DNA of 64,000 bases. Source: Candidatus Falkowbacteria bacterium. Its GTDB lineage: Bacteria; Patescibacteriota; Patescibacteriia; Patescibacteriales; VMTK01. The position numbers and the translations under genes were made by a program. Numbering within the stretch: position 1 is the stretch's first letter; the number at the start of each line of letters is the position of its first letter. Shown piece by piece: positions 43,971 to 54,065 of the stretch. The notes under the pieces are model-generated. The model had not been told where the DNA came from. It saw only the letters and a list, made by a program, of their open reading frames with translations, and did no database searches. Location: NCBI GenBank assembly GCA_013791585.1, contig VMTK01000018.1, positions 7,316 to 71,315 of the forward strand, written 5' to 3'.

Positions 43971-46215
43971 ATTTCGCATACCCGCATCCCTTGGCCGAAC
44001 ACTTAACCCCTCCCTCTTTGCCCTCAACCAGCAGCGCTTCGCAGTCAGGGCATTTTTCGCCGGTCGGCTTGCCCCAAAAAGCGGTTTTGCAGTCCGGGTA
44101 TTGGTCGCAGGCGTAGAAAATTCCGCGCTTGCTTCTTTTTTGCACGATTTCGCCTTGGCCGCAGACAGGGCATTTTACTCCGGTTGAATTATTATTTTCT
44201 TTGATGTTTTTGATGTTTTTGCAGTTTGGATAAGCCGTGCAGGCGAGGAAAGGGCCGAATTTGCCGCTTTTGATCGCCATATCAGCTCCGCATTTTTCGC
44301 ATTTTTCTCCGTTATATTTTTCTTCCAGCTTCTTGATGTCCTCGCTTTTTTCTTTACCGCCGCTGTTTTTATTCCCGTTTAAACCTTTTATATTTTTACA
44401 GTCAGGGAAAGCGCCGCAGGCAAGGAATTTGCCGTAGCGTCCGATTTTAATTATCATGTTCGCGCCGCATTTGTCGCAAACTTCTTTTGATTTTTCTTCA
44501 GGCATAATGTCTTTTTTATTAAGTTTATTATACTTATTAGTTAAATTTTCGTGGAATGGCTGGTAAAAATCATTTATAACCGGCTGCCATTGGACTTTGC
44601 CGCGGGCAATGTCGTCTAAATTATTTTCCAGCTTGGCCGTAAACTCATAATCAACAATATGCGGAAAATGCGCGACTAACAAATCAATAACAACAAACGC
44701 AATGTCAGTCGGGGCTAATTTTTTATTTTCATCCCGGTTTACGTAATTTCTTGCTTCAATCGTGGAAATGGTCGGCGCGTAAGTGGAAGGCCGGCCGATT
44801 CCGTATTTTTCTAATTCTTTAACTAATCCGGCGTCGCTATATCTTGCCGGCGGCTTGGTAAAATGCTGTTCCGGATTTAATTTAATCAAATCAAGCTGTT
44901 CGTCTTTCTCTACATCCGGCATTTCAATCTCCTTGCTCTTCTCCGGATAAATTTTTAAGTAGCCGTCAAATTTTAAAATTTGGCCGGTAGCGCGGAATTG
45001 GTATTTTGTATTGTTAGCGTCAATGTCAATGACAGTAGCGTCAACAATAGCTTCAGGCATTTGGCCGGCCAAGCTTCTTTGCCAGATCAATTTGTATAAT
45101 CTGTATTGGTTATTATCAAGCTTTGATTTAAGCGCTTCAGGATCATTCGCGGCTTCAGTCGGACGGATTGCTTCATGCGCTTCTTGCGCGCCTTTGCTTT
45201 TGGTTTTGAATTCGCGCGGTTCCGCCAAGCTGTAATTTTGGCCCAAATTTTTAATTAAAAATTCTTTCGCTTCTCGCAAAAACTTGTTAGACAGATTAAG
45301 CGAATCAGTCCTCATGTATGTAATCAAGCCGTTTTCATAAAGCCGCTGGGCAAGCATCATGGTTTGCTTGGCGGAAAAGCCCAGCCAGCGGTTGGCGGTT
45401 TGCTGAAGAGTTGAAGTGGTAAACGGCTTGGGCGGATTTTTTTTTGTTTGCTTTTTTACAATGTCAGAAATGACATATTCGGCATTTTTTAAATCAGATA
45501 AAATTTTATCAGCTTGCTCTTTATTTTTTATTTCCAATTTGCTTATGGTTTTATTATTGATTTTGTTTAACTGTGCTTCAAATTCAAAAATGTTAGCTTG
45601 GGTTTTAAAACCCAAGCTAACATTTTTTCGCAGCAACGCCGCAATACCCCAATATTCTTTAGAATCAAAAGTTTGTATTTCGCGCTCGCGCTCCACCACC
45701 AAGCGCACGGCAACGCTCTGCACTCGTCCGGCAGACAGTCCTCTGGCGACTTTTTTCCACAAGAAAGGCGACATTTCATAGCCGACCAGCCGATCTAAAA
45801 TGCGGCGCGCTTGCTGGGCGTCCACCATTTTCATATCAATTTTTCGCGGATTAGCCAGCGCGTTTTGGATAGCGTCTTTGGTTATTTCGTGGAAAGCAAT
45901 CCGCTCAATTTTGCTTTTAGGCAGGTCAAGAGCTTTTGCCAAATGCCAGGCGATAGCTTCTCCCTCCCGGTCTTCATCCGGCGCAAGTATTACTTTGTCG
46001 GCTTTCGCCGCGCCGCTTTTCAGCTTCGCGACTGTTTTAAGGCATTTGTCAGGTATGATGTATTCCGGCTCAAAATTATTTTCTATATCAATGCCCATTT
46101 TGCTTTTCGGCAAGTCGCGGATATGCCCGAAAGACGATTCAATTTTGTATTCTTTGCCCAAAAACTTGGTAATAGTTTTTGCTTTGGTCGGACTTTCCAC
46201 GATAACTAGATTCAT
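43969..46215 (-). CDS. topA: DNA topoisomerase I with C-terminal zinc ribbons
   Basis: MNLVIVESPTKAKTI, Toprim DEDREGEAI, YMRTDS active-site region, repeated C..C zinc ribbons; 40-nt palindrome in-frame at 45587-45626. Confidence 0.95.
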   Translation of the reverse strand: MNLVIVESPTKAKTITKFLGKEYKIESSFGHIRDLPKSKMGIDIENNFEPEYIIPDKCLKTVAKLKSGAAKADKVILAPDEDREGEAIAWHLAKALDLPKSKIERIAFHEITKDAIQNALANPRKIDMKMVDAQQARRILDRLVGYEMSPFLWKKVARGLSAGRVQSVAVRLVVEREREIQTFDSKEYWGIAALLRKNVSLGFKTQANIFEFEAQLNKINNKTISKLEIKNKEQADKILSDLKNAEYVISDIVKKQTKKNPPKPFTTSTLQQTANRWLGFSAKQTMMLAQRLYENGLITYMRTDSLNLSNKFLREAKEFLIKNLGQNYSLAEPREFKTKSKGAQEAHEAIRPTEAANDPEALKSKLDNNQYRLYKLIWQRSLAGQMPEAIVDATVIDIDANNTKYQFRATGQILKFDGYLKIYPEKSKEIEMPDVEKDEQLDLIKLNPEQHFTKPPARYSDAGLVKELEKYGIGRPSTYAPTISTIEARNYVNRDENKKLAPTDIAFVVIDLLVAHFPHIVDYEFTAKLENNLDDIARGKVQWQPVINDFYQPFHENLTNKYNKLNKKDIMPEEKSKEVCDKCGANMIIKIGRYGKFLACGAFPDCKNIKGLNGNKNSGGKEKSEDIKKLEEKYNGEKCEKCGADMAIKSGKFGPFLACTAYPNCKNIKNIKENNNSTGVKCPVCGQGEIVQKRSKRGIFYACDQYPDCKTAFWGKPTGEKCPDCEALLVEGKEGGVKCSAKGCGYAK

Positions 46216-46378
46216 ATATTTTTTTTAAATTAATTATTATTTAGTTAACGGGTTAGCGAGTTAACGGGTTGTTATTTTATTATCGCTTCGCTATTTATTA
46301 AAATTAATAAACTAATACATTAATAAAATATCTATATTTTTATTATTTAATTAACCCGTTAATTCGTTAACTAAAAAA

Positions 46379-47467
46379 TTAAACAATAATATACTGCATC
46401 CCTCCCAAATTTTTCACCATTCCCTTCATCTCCATCATGGCCAGGGCGCTGTTGATAATTGATGTGTTAAGTTCGGTTTTGCGCACCAGTTCATTTATAT
46501 GCTCCGGCTCGCGCGTCAGGCATGATAATATTTTTTCTTCTTCCGCTGATTCCGGGATTATTTTTTTATTGTCAATATAGGCGCTAACTTGATTTAAGTC
46601 AAGCGCCTCCATAATATCGGCCGCGTTTTTTACCGGCTTGGCGCCCAGCTCTATCAGCTTGTTCGGCCCTTTTGACGTTTCGGAATAGATGCTGCCCGGC
46701 ACGGCGAAAACATCACGATTTTGCTCCAGGGCGCAGTTGGCCGTGATAAGCGCGCCTGATTTCTCGCCTGCCTCAACAACCAATACGCCAAGGGAAATTC
46801 CGGCAATAATTCTGTTGCGCTGGGGAAAATTATACCTGAGCGGCTGAGTGCCCAAAGGGAATTCGGAAATTATCGCTCCGCCGGATTCCGCGATTTTTTC
46901 CGCCAGATAGCGGTTGGCTGAAGGGTAGATGCTTTCCTTGTCTATTCCGGAGCCAAGCACGGCGATAGTTTTGCCGCGCGCTTCTACTGCCGCGGAATGC
47001 GCGATCGCGTCAATTCCCAGCGCCAGGCCGCTTATGATGGTCAAATTGTTTTTTGCCAAATCCCCGGTTATTTCTTCGGCGGCTCTTTTGCCGTAGCCGG
47101 TGTATTTTCTGGAGCCGACTACGGCCAATGATAATTCATTGCCGCTTTCCAACTCTCCTTTATAATAAATAATCTGCGGCGGATTGTAAATTTCCAAAAG
47201 CAATTTAGGATAATTTGCGTCATCAACAGTTATAATTTTAATATTTTCTTTATTTAATCTTTCCGCCAGTTCATCGGGATTAATGCTTATTCTGGCAGAT
47301 ACAAATTCTTCGGCAATATTTTTTTCAATCCCGGCTTTTTCCAGTTCGCTTGAGGACGCGTTAAAAGCATGCTCGTATTCCGCGAAATATTTTTTTATTT
47401 TTTTTAATCTTACCGGCCCGAATTTAGGGAAATGGCTCAAGCCAACCCAGTATTTTAATTTGTCCAT
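46379..47467 (-). CDS. dprA: DNA processing protein DprA/Smf
   Basis: AVVGSRKYTGYG, ISGLALGIDAIAHSAAV, C-terminal wHTH. Confidence 0.9.
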   Translation of the reverse strand: MDKLKYWVGLSHFPKFGPVRLKKIKKYFAEYEHAFNASSSELEKAGIEKNIAEEFVSARISINPDELAERLNKENIKIITVDDANYPKLLLEIYNPPQIIYYKGELESGNELSLAVVGSRKYTGYGKRAAEEITGDLAKNNLTIISGLALGIDAIAHSAAVEARGKTIAVLGSGIDKESIYPSANRYLAEKIAESGGAIISEFPLGTQPLRYNFPQRNRIIAGISLGVLVVEAGEKSGALITANCALEQNRDVFAVPGSIYSETSKGPNKLIELGAKPVKNAADIMEALDLNQVSAYIDNKKIIPESAEEEKILSCLTREPEHINELVRKTELNTSIINSALAMMEMKGMVKNLGGMQYIIV

Positions 47468-47714
47468 AGTTTAGAAATTAGAAATTATGGCTCCCTGTCA
47501 TTGCGAGTGGAGCGATAGCGGAACGAAGCAATCTCGCGAAAAGCAGGCAGTTCGTAATACACGGGATTGCTTCGTCGCTTCCAGTAAATATTATTTTTGC
47601 GTATTAGCTGTATTTAGCGCAAAAATAAAATAAAACTTTTAAAAATATAACGCTCCTCGCAATGGGCATAAAGCGCGTCCCTTGACTAAAAATGTTAAAT
47701 GTGATAATGTGGTA

Positions 47715-47860
47715 TATCGCGCGATACAAATACCATTCAGCTTGCTGTTTGCCTAGAGGCGCTGATTTTATAAATAAACTTCCTCCTTGATTATTTATAA
47801 ATGAATTGTCCTTAACGGGGGCAACCCCTGAAGGCAAGCGGCAAATTGGATGGTATTTTG
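47715..47860 (+). ncRNA. candidate structured RNA (family unknown)
   Basis: TTGACT-15-TGtGATAAT at 47682-47708. The 21-bp stem 47733-47753/47833-47853 has four G-U pairs that exist only on the plus strand. Inner GGGG-GCAA-CCCC GNRA hairpin. Confidence 0.3.
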
Positions 47861-48150
47861 CGGGAATTAGGAATATTGAATATCAAATTTTTTAAATTTG
47901 CCATAATCCATTATTCATAATTCCTTATTCCTAATTCATTTTTTATAATAGCATATTTTGATTATTTAAAATAGTTTTCAGATTTTTGCCTAGGAGTGAT
48001 GAAAGCCAAGCCACCCTCCTGGCGCGGCCGGAGTCTTCGCGCGGGGCCTTGTGCCCCTGCTCCTAGGCAATAATTTGGAGGGTATTTAAAAGCCCCTCAT
48101 CGCAGTATTGATGAGGGGCTTTTATTTTTTAAAATAATATAAACATTTTT

Positions 48151-48489
48151 CTACCGAAAACTAACCACCAATTCCTTGTTAAGCGCAAAAGCTATTTTTT
48201 GTAAAGTTTCAATGGTGAGGTTTTGCTTGCCGGCTTCAATCCTGCCGACAGCGCTTTGCTTCATCCCGATTTTTTCAGCCAGCTTTGCCTGGCTTACTTT
48301 TTTCTTTTTGCGCAAATTGATTATAGACAAAGACATTTCCAGCTTTTTCTTTTCCATTTCAAACCCTCTCCTAAATTCAGGATCTTTTAATTCTTCCTTG
48401 ATTATTTTACCAAAATCAATTAATGTCGCCCCGCCAATTTTTACCAATGGCGGATTTTTCATATATTCTTTTAATTTTTTAGTGCTCAT
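48151..48489 (-). CDS. XRE-family HTH antitoxin (HigA-like)
   Basis: KKKVSQAKLAEKIGMKQSAVGRIEAGKQNLTIETLQKIA. Confidence 0.75.
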   Translation of the reverse strand: MSTKKLKEYMKNPPLVKIGGATLIDFGKIIKEELKDPEFRRGFEMEKKKLEMSLSIINLRKKKKVSQAKLAEKIGMKQSAVGRIEAGKQNLTIETLQKIAFALNKELVVSFR

Positions 48490-48854
48490 AATTTTATAAA
48501 GTTTAAATTATCAATAAAGTCATCATAGTTATTTTTAGCTTTTTTAATTTCTTTAGACGGTGTTTTATTGGTTTTTTTATTAAAGCCGTGAAGAAAGACA
48601 ATTTGTTTTCCGGTAAAGATGAAATAAAATATTCTGTAGTAATTTTTATCAAAATCAACACGCAATTCCCATATTTTATCAAGAATATGCCTGGAATACG
48701 GCATACCTAATTTGCCATTATTTTCTATAAGCAGTGAAATATACAATGCAATTTTTATTTTTTTATCTAAATTTTTATAATAATCAAAAATTGGAGACTT
48801 GCCGTTTGAGTTGCGATAAAAAAGTAAATTTTCTAAAATTTTATTTATATCCAT
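48486..48854 (-). CDS. Gp49/HigB-like RelE-superfamily toxin
   Basis: LDKIWELRVDFDKNYYRIFYFIFTGKQIVFLHGFNKKTNKTP; 4-nt overlap with the HTH gene. Confidence 0.7.
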   Translation of the reverse strand: MDINKILENLLFYRNSNGKSPIFDYYKNLDKKIKIALYISLLIENNGKLGMPYSRHILDKIWELRVDFDKNYYRIFYFIFTGKQIVFLHGFNKKTNKTPSKEIKKAKNNYDDFIDNLNFIKL

Positions 48855-48908
48855 AATAATAACATATATGTTATAAAAGTCAAGTAGGGGCAGAACAATG
48901 TTCTGCCC

Positions 48909-49553
48909 CTACTTTGATTCAGCGATTATTTCCAAAATTAAATTATTAATAATTTCCATCTCTTCTTCGCTAAATTTTTGCAAGACAAATTTCTCTACAG
49001 GTATTTTATCAGCCGTTTCTGTTTTAATTCCGATTCTAATTCGTTTAAATTTTTTGGTTTTAAGATGATTGATAATTGACTGTACTCCGTTGTGCCCGGC
49101 GCTTCTTGAATCAGTTGAGATTTTATATTTGCCCAGCTCAATGTCAATATCATCGTGGATTACCGTGAGGATATCGGATAGATTAACCTTTTTCGCCTCG
49201 TCGCAGTCTCTCCGCAGAGGACTGCGACGGAACAGGAATCGCCGCAGTCCCCTTCGGGAGACTGCGGCGGAGCAGTGGGAGGGTAGTAATTTATAATAAG
49301 ACAAAATCGCTTGAACCGCTTGTCCGGAATTATTCATAAAAGTTTGCGGTTTGGCAAGAATTAATCTCCCGCTTTCTCCCTCTCCTTGCGAAGGAGAGGG
49401 TTGGGGCGAGGTAATATCAGCGTTGAATTTTTTATTAAATTTCCAAACTGAATTATATTTTTCAGCCAGAGCGTCAACTGCCATAAAACCGGCATTGTGG
49501 CGGGTGAGTTTGTATTTTTCGCCCGGGTTGCCCAGGCCGATTATTATTCGCAT
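48909..49553 (-). CDS. pth: peptidyl-tRNA hydrolase with two palindrome-derived inserts
   Basis: MRIIIGLGNPGEKYKLTRHNAGF, PQTFMNNSG, SAGHNGVQSI; inserts encoded at 49199-49269 and 49366-49411. Confidence 0.9.
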   Translation of the reverse strand: MRIIIGLGNPGEKYKLTRHNAGFMAVDALAEKYNSVWKFNKKFNADITSPQPSPSQGEGESGRLILAKPQTFMNNSGQAVQAILSYYKLLPSHCSAAVSRRGLRRFLFRRSPLRRDCDEAKKVNLSDILTVIHDDIDIELGKYKISTDSRSAGHNGVQSIINHLKTKKFKRIRIGIKTETADKIPVEKFVLQKFSEEEMEIINNLILEIIAESK

Positions 49554-49681
49554 AACGCGTAACTTATAAATAATTAAAATATTATTTAGTTAGCGAGTTA
49601 ACGGGTTAACGAGTTATTGTTTAAAATTTGATTAACTCGTTAACTCTTTAACCCGTTAATTAAAAAACTAAATAATTTTCG

Positions 49682-51109
49682 TTATGCGTTGCGCGCCACG
49701 CTCTCGTCATGCATGCCATGGACAACCCGGCCCTTTGTTATTCTGGTGGTGAGGGGAGTGCCCATGAAGCCGTATTGCTCCCGCAGGCGGTTTTCTATGA
49801 ACCGGACATAAGAAAAATGCAGAGTGTCTTTCGGCCCGATGCGCAGCTCAAATTTCGGCGGATCCGAGCGCGTTTGCTTTAATTCATAAATTCTAGGGTG
49901 TTTTGTCCCCTTGGCTTTGGCCGGCTTGTGCCTTTTTACGATTTTTACCAAAAATTTATTCAATTGGGAATCGCCGAGCTTTTTTCCTCTTTGCTCCTTG
50001 ATTTCCAAAACAAGATCAAGGACTTTTTTTGTTTTTTCTCCGGTCAGCGCGGAAGTGAATTGTATGGGCGCGAAATGCGCGAAAGGAAATTGAGCGTAAA
50101 TATATTTAGTATATCTTTTCGTGTCCCGTTCTTCAATCAAATCCCACTTATTGGCCACAATGATTAAGCTTTTTTTTCTGTCAAATATTTCTTCCACCAA
50201 TTTAGCGTCTTGATGGGTGATGTTTTTATTGATATCCAAAATAAGAAGCGCTATGTCAGCTTTATTCAGGGCGGATAGCGATTTTTCAATGCCGTATTTT
50301 TCCAGGCCGTCGGTTTTGGCTCCTTTTCTGTTTATTCCCGCTGTGTCAATTAAATTTATAATTTGATTATTGTATTCTATTTTAGTGTCTTGCGGCTCCC
50401 GCGTAGTGTGCGGCGCGGCGCTTACGATAACTCTTTCATATCCTAATATTGAATTAATCAAGCTGGATTTGCCGACATTCGGCTTGCCGATGATGCAAAC
50501 ATTTACCGGATGTCGGATGTCGGATGTCGGATGTCGGATGTCGGATGTTGATTTAATTTTAAGGTTTTTAATAATAATATCTAAAAGGTCGCCAGTGCCG
50601 GAGCCGCTGGACGCTGACACAGGAATCGGCTCTCCCATGGATAATTTATGGAATTCGGCTGTTTTCGCCCTTTGTTTCGGGCTGTCTACTTTATTGGCGG
50701 TCAGAATAATTTTTTTCTGCTGTTTTTTTGGCAGATTTTTTTTAAGGAATAGCGCCATTTGCTTGTCCTGCGGCAATAGCCCTGTTTTGTTGTCAACCAT
50801 AAACAGAATTAAATTTGCTTTATTCAAATATTCCAGCGCTTGTTTTTGAACCTTGGATTCAACATCTTCGGTTTTGTCTTTTTTGCCGGTTAAATATTTC
50901 AGATCAATTATTCCGCCGGTGTCAATTAAATCAAAAGTTTTTCCTCCCCAGCTTACCTGGCCGATATTGCTGTCTCTGGTAACGCCCTCTTGGTCGGCAA
51001 CCAGCGCCTGCCTTTTTTCCGTAAGGCAGTTAAACAACGTTGATTTGCCGACATTGGTGCGGCCGAATATTACCACTAAGGGCATTTTTTTATTATTTAT
51101 ATAACTCAT
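49682..51109 (-). CDS. der: GTPase Der/EngA (two G domains + KH-like)
   Basis: GRTNVGKSTLFN and GKPNVGKSSLIN P-loops; linker carries the TCGGATGT array (SDIRHPTSDIRHP, 50505-50550). Confidence 0.9.
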   Translation of the reverse strand: MSYINNKKMPLVVIFGRTNVGKSTLFNCLTEKRQALVADQEGVTRDSNIGQVSWGGKTFDLIDTGGIIDLKYLTGKKDKTEDVESKVQKQALEYLNKANLILFMVDNKTGLLPQDKQMALFLKKNLPKKQQKKIILTANKVDSPKQRAKTAEFHKLSMGEPIPVSASSGSGTGDLLDIIIKNLKIKSTSDIRHPTSDIRHPVNVCIIGKPNVGKSSLINSILGYERVIVSAAPHTTREPQDTKIEYNNQIINLIDTAGINRKGAKTDGLEKYGIEKSLSALNKADIALLILDINKNITHQDAKLVEEIFDRKKSLIIVANKWDLIEERDTKRYTKYIYAQFPFAHFAPIQFTSALTGEKTKKVLDLVLEIKEQRGKKLGDSQLNKFLVKIVKRHKPAKAKGTKHPRIYELKQTRSDPPKFELRIGPKDTLHFSYVRFIENRLREQYGFMGTPLTTRITKGRVVHGMHDESVARNA

Positions 51110-51161
51110 AACTCATAACTCATAATCGGTTTAAGACGAGTTATAAGTTATAAGTTATGGG

Positions 51162-51545
51162 TTATTTTTTATTATTATTCATTTGAATTTTTGTGTTGCA
51201 TATTAAGCCATTAATTTTGCTATCAACTTTTTCAATTTGTTTTATAAATCTGCTAAACATTTCTTTACTAATATAGCCAACATCATAACTTAAATGAATA
51301 TCGCTTTTAACTTCGCGCAAGCATCCTTGAGCAATATCATAAAATCTCATACTTTCTCTATAAAAATATCTGCCGAACCCCTCGCCAATATTGCCCATTA
51401 CGCCTCTTCCGCTTTCCCTTAAATGCTTAACTATATTATACTTTTCAGATTTAGGAAATGTTTTAGTGATTTCATAAATACCTTTACATAATTTTTTTGC
51501 TTCCTGCCACGCCTCTAAGTCTTCTAATCTTCTTATAGTGGCCAT
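51162..51545 (-). CDS. four-helix-bundle protein (23S rRNA intervening-sequence protein family)
   Basis: LEAWQEAKKLCKGIYEIT..NIGEGFGRYFYRESMRFYDIAQGCLREV. Confidence 0.8.
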   Translation of the reverse strand: MATIRRLEDLEAWQEAKKLCKGIYEITKTFPKSEKYNIVKHLRESGRGVMGNIGEGFGRYFYRESMRFYDIAQGCLREVKSDIHLSYDVGYISKEMFSRFIKQIEKVDSKINGLICNTKIQMNNNKK

Positions 51546-51646
51546 AGAATATTTACATTTAACATTTTATAACTAATAACCCATAACTCATAACTATTCT
51601 TTAAGCTAACTATAGGTTATATTTTAATTCATAGTCATATTATAAG

Positions 51647-53149
51647 CTATTTTTCAGTATTTTCTACTCCCGACGCTGTCGGATCCGCGTTTTGGCCTAA
51701 AATCAAGATAAAGTCCGGCTGGACAGGATTTGCTTCCTCCGCCAATTCTTCCGCTATTTCATCAATCAGCCATTGTGGCAGGCCGAATGAAACATTAGCG
51801 TTTGTTTTTTCTTTCAGCACGGTTAATGATTTCATTTTTTCGCCGTAAGTAAGGTCGTAGATAACTGATTTTTGAAAATCCTGCCGGCTGCAGCCGCCGA
51901 CGCGGATGACATTGAAGCCGTATTTTTCTATATCCAAAGCGGCTTGGCTGGCCAGCCCGTTAATCCATGTTCCGTTTCGCACTTCAACGGAAGAGTTTTC
52001 GTTAAGCACAACCTCTTTTATTCTAATCGGCGCGTCGGAAAATATATTGCTTACCATATATTGAATTTCCGCGAAATCGCCGCTTCTGGGGACCAATATA
52101 TACGCTCCGTCTTCATTGATCATATCAATTAGCAGGCCGTTCGCGCTGTTATCAAGAGCCTTGTTTGAAATATCGCTTTCCTTAACATCCTTGAACATGT
52201 CCCATAATTTTACAATTTCCCAAATTTTTAAATTAGCGCTGAAATGCGCCTGCGCTTCACTGATAATATTCATTATTTTATTGGGTTGAAATAAAAAGTT
52301 CGTTGAAAGCATTTTTTCTTTTACCGCTCCCAGTACTTTTTGCTGGCGCCGCCCGCGCCCGAAATCAGATCCTTCAACTCCGGGCGTGTGCCTGGAGCGG
52401 GCGTATTTGAGCGCTAAATCGCCGTTCATTTTTTGCAGGCCTTTTTCAATATAAAGATGCTCAAATCTTGATTCATACGGCTCGGCTTCTTCCATGCCCA
52501 TGACAGGGTAGCTGTAGTCGTCTATGGTATTTTCAACATTTATTTCCACTCCGCCCAATTCGTCAATAATTTTTACAAAGCCGGCAAAATCAATCCTTAT
52601 GTAATAATCAATCGGGATATCCAAAACATCGCTTATGGCCTGGCTCACGGCCATGCCGCCGCTGCCCGGATTTTTCGTTTCGGCAAAAGCATTGATATTG
52701 TTTATTTTCCTCCAACCCATATCTTCCATGGGAATAGTCGTATCCCGCGGAATGGACAGCATGGCGGCTTTTTTCGCGGACGGCTGCAGGCTGGCTAAAA
52801 TTATCGTGTCTGTCAGATAGCCGCCTTGGTGGTTTTTGCCGCCCATGCCAAGCAAAAGAATATTAATCCTGTCTTCTGACTCGCCTTTTAATTCCTTGTC
52901 AGCGCTTTCAACCAAATGCTTGAATTTTCCAATAATAGGTATTTTATCAATCCATGATGATGTGTTTTGTTCTGAAATGTTGGCATTGGCTGAAAACAAC
53001 ACAAAAGCGACAATAAAAAAAACAGAAACATAAGCGAACAATTTCCTTTTTCTTTTAGGTTTTTCACGCTTTTCTTCTTGGTTATTTTTATTGAATTTAT
53101 TTATTTCTTCTTTTTCCATTAGATCAAGAAGGTTAATGTCTTTGGGCAT
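51647..53149 (-). CDS. LytR-CpsA-Psr (LCP) family protein with a LytR_C domain
   Basis: INILLLGMGGKNHQGGYLTDTIILASL; membrane anchor. Confidence 0.85.
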   Translation of the reverse strand: MPKDINLLDLMEKEEINKFNKNNQEEKREKPKRKRKLFAYVSVFFIVAFVLFSANANISEQNTSSWIDKIPIIGKFKHLVESADKELKGESEDRINILLLGMGGKNHQGGYLTDTIILASLQPSAKKAAMLSIPRDTTIPMEDMGWRKINNINAFAETKNPGSGGMAVSQAISDVLDIPIDYYIRIDFAGFVKIIDELGGVEINVENTIDDYSYPVMGMEEAEPYESRFEHLYIEKGLQKMNGDLALKYARSRHTPGVEGSDFGRGRRQQKVLGAVKEKMLSTNFLFQPNKIMNIISEAQAHFSANLKIWEIVKLWDMFKDVKESDISNKALDNSANGLLIDMINEDGAYILVPRSGDFAEIQYMVSNIFSDAPIRIKEVVLNENSSVEVRNGTWINGLASQAALDIEKYGFNVIRVGGCSRQDFQKSVIYDLTYGEKMKSLTVLKEKTNANVSFGLPQWLIDEIAEELAEEANPVQPDFILILGQNADPTASGVENTEK

Positions 53150-53501
53150 AGTTTATGAATAATGAATTAGGAATAATGAATTATGAATTATGAATTATGA
53201 ATAAAATTTTAAAACCCTAATTCCTAATTCATAATTCTTTATTCAAGTTAATTATACAAGTGTTTTTCTTTTTTGACAAATTTTTTTCAATTTGCTTTTT
53301 TTCCACTAGCTTGTTATAATGCCATTATAGACAGTTTCCAAGAATCGTGGGCTTGTTAAAGCAAATTAATAAGCCCAAGTTATTGTTTTGAGAATTAGAA
53401 ATAATAAAATAATAAAATAACAAAAATAATAAAATAACAAAAAAAGTATAAAAAATTTTAAAATAATATTTTTTTATTTTTTTATTTTATTATTTTAATC
53501 T

Positions 53502-54065
53502 ATGATAAGAAATTTTTTCAGCTTTACTTTTGAATTGATTAAAGTGGTGATAATATCGTTAGTGATTATTATTCCAATCAGGTATTTTTTGATTCAGCCG
53601 TTTTACGTCAAAGGCGCTTCAATGGAGCCGAGTTTTTTTGACCATGAATATTTAATCATTGACGAAATAAGCTACCGGCTTAATGATCCGGAAAGAGGAG
53701 ATATCGTGGTTTTTCGCTATCCCAAGAATCCCCAGGAATATTTTATCAAACGAGTAATCGGCTTGCCCGGAGAAAGAGTGCAGATTAAAGAAGGGCAGGT
53801 TTATGTGTACAACCAAGAAAATCCGGACGGCGTAAAGCTGTGGGAGCCGTACTTGACTGATGGCATTAAGACTTACAGCTTGAGCGAGGAGATAATTATT
53901 TTAGCCGAAGATGAATATTACCTTTTGGGCGACAACAGAAACTCTTCAAAAGATTCTAGGAGTTTCGGCCCGGTGAAACAAAGCTTTGTCATAGGCAAAG
54001 TGCTGCTGCGCGGCTGGCCGTTCAACCGCATCAAGCTATTTGAAACTTTGGAGTATCAATATTAA
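53502..54065 (+). CDS. lepB: signal peptidase I
   Basis: KGASMEPSF, GDIVVF, IKRVIGLPGE, GDNRNSSKDSR. Confidence 0.9.
   Translation: MIRNFFSFTFELIKVVIISLVIIIPIRYFLIQPFYVKGASMEPSFFDHEYLIIDEISYRLNDPERGDIVVFRYPKNPQEYFIKRVIGLPGERVQIKEGQVYVYNQENPDGVKLWEPYLTDGIKTYSLSEEIIILAEDEYYLLGDNRNSSKDSRSFGPVKQSFVIGKVLLRGWPFNRIKLFETLEYQY

Noticed and set aside
45416-46228. Several plus-strand ORFs (45416..45781, 45800..46228, 45811..46209) opposite topA
   Set aside because: They are antisense to a confidently identified topA and have no independent support.
48004-48090. GC-rich 85-nt hairpin (TGCCTAGGAG...CTCCTAGGCA), considered as SRP/4.5S RNA
   Set aside because: I could not find the conserved SRP domain IV motifs (GGAA tetraloop, AGCA/GNAR loops). 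It looks like another GC-rich palindromic element.
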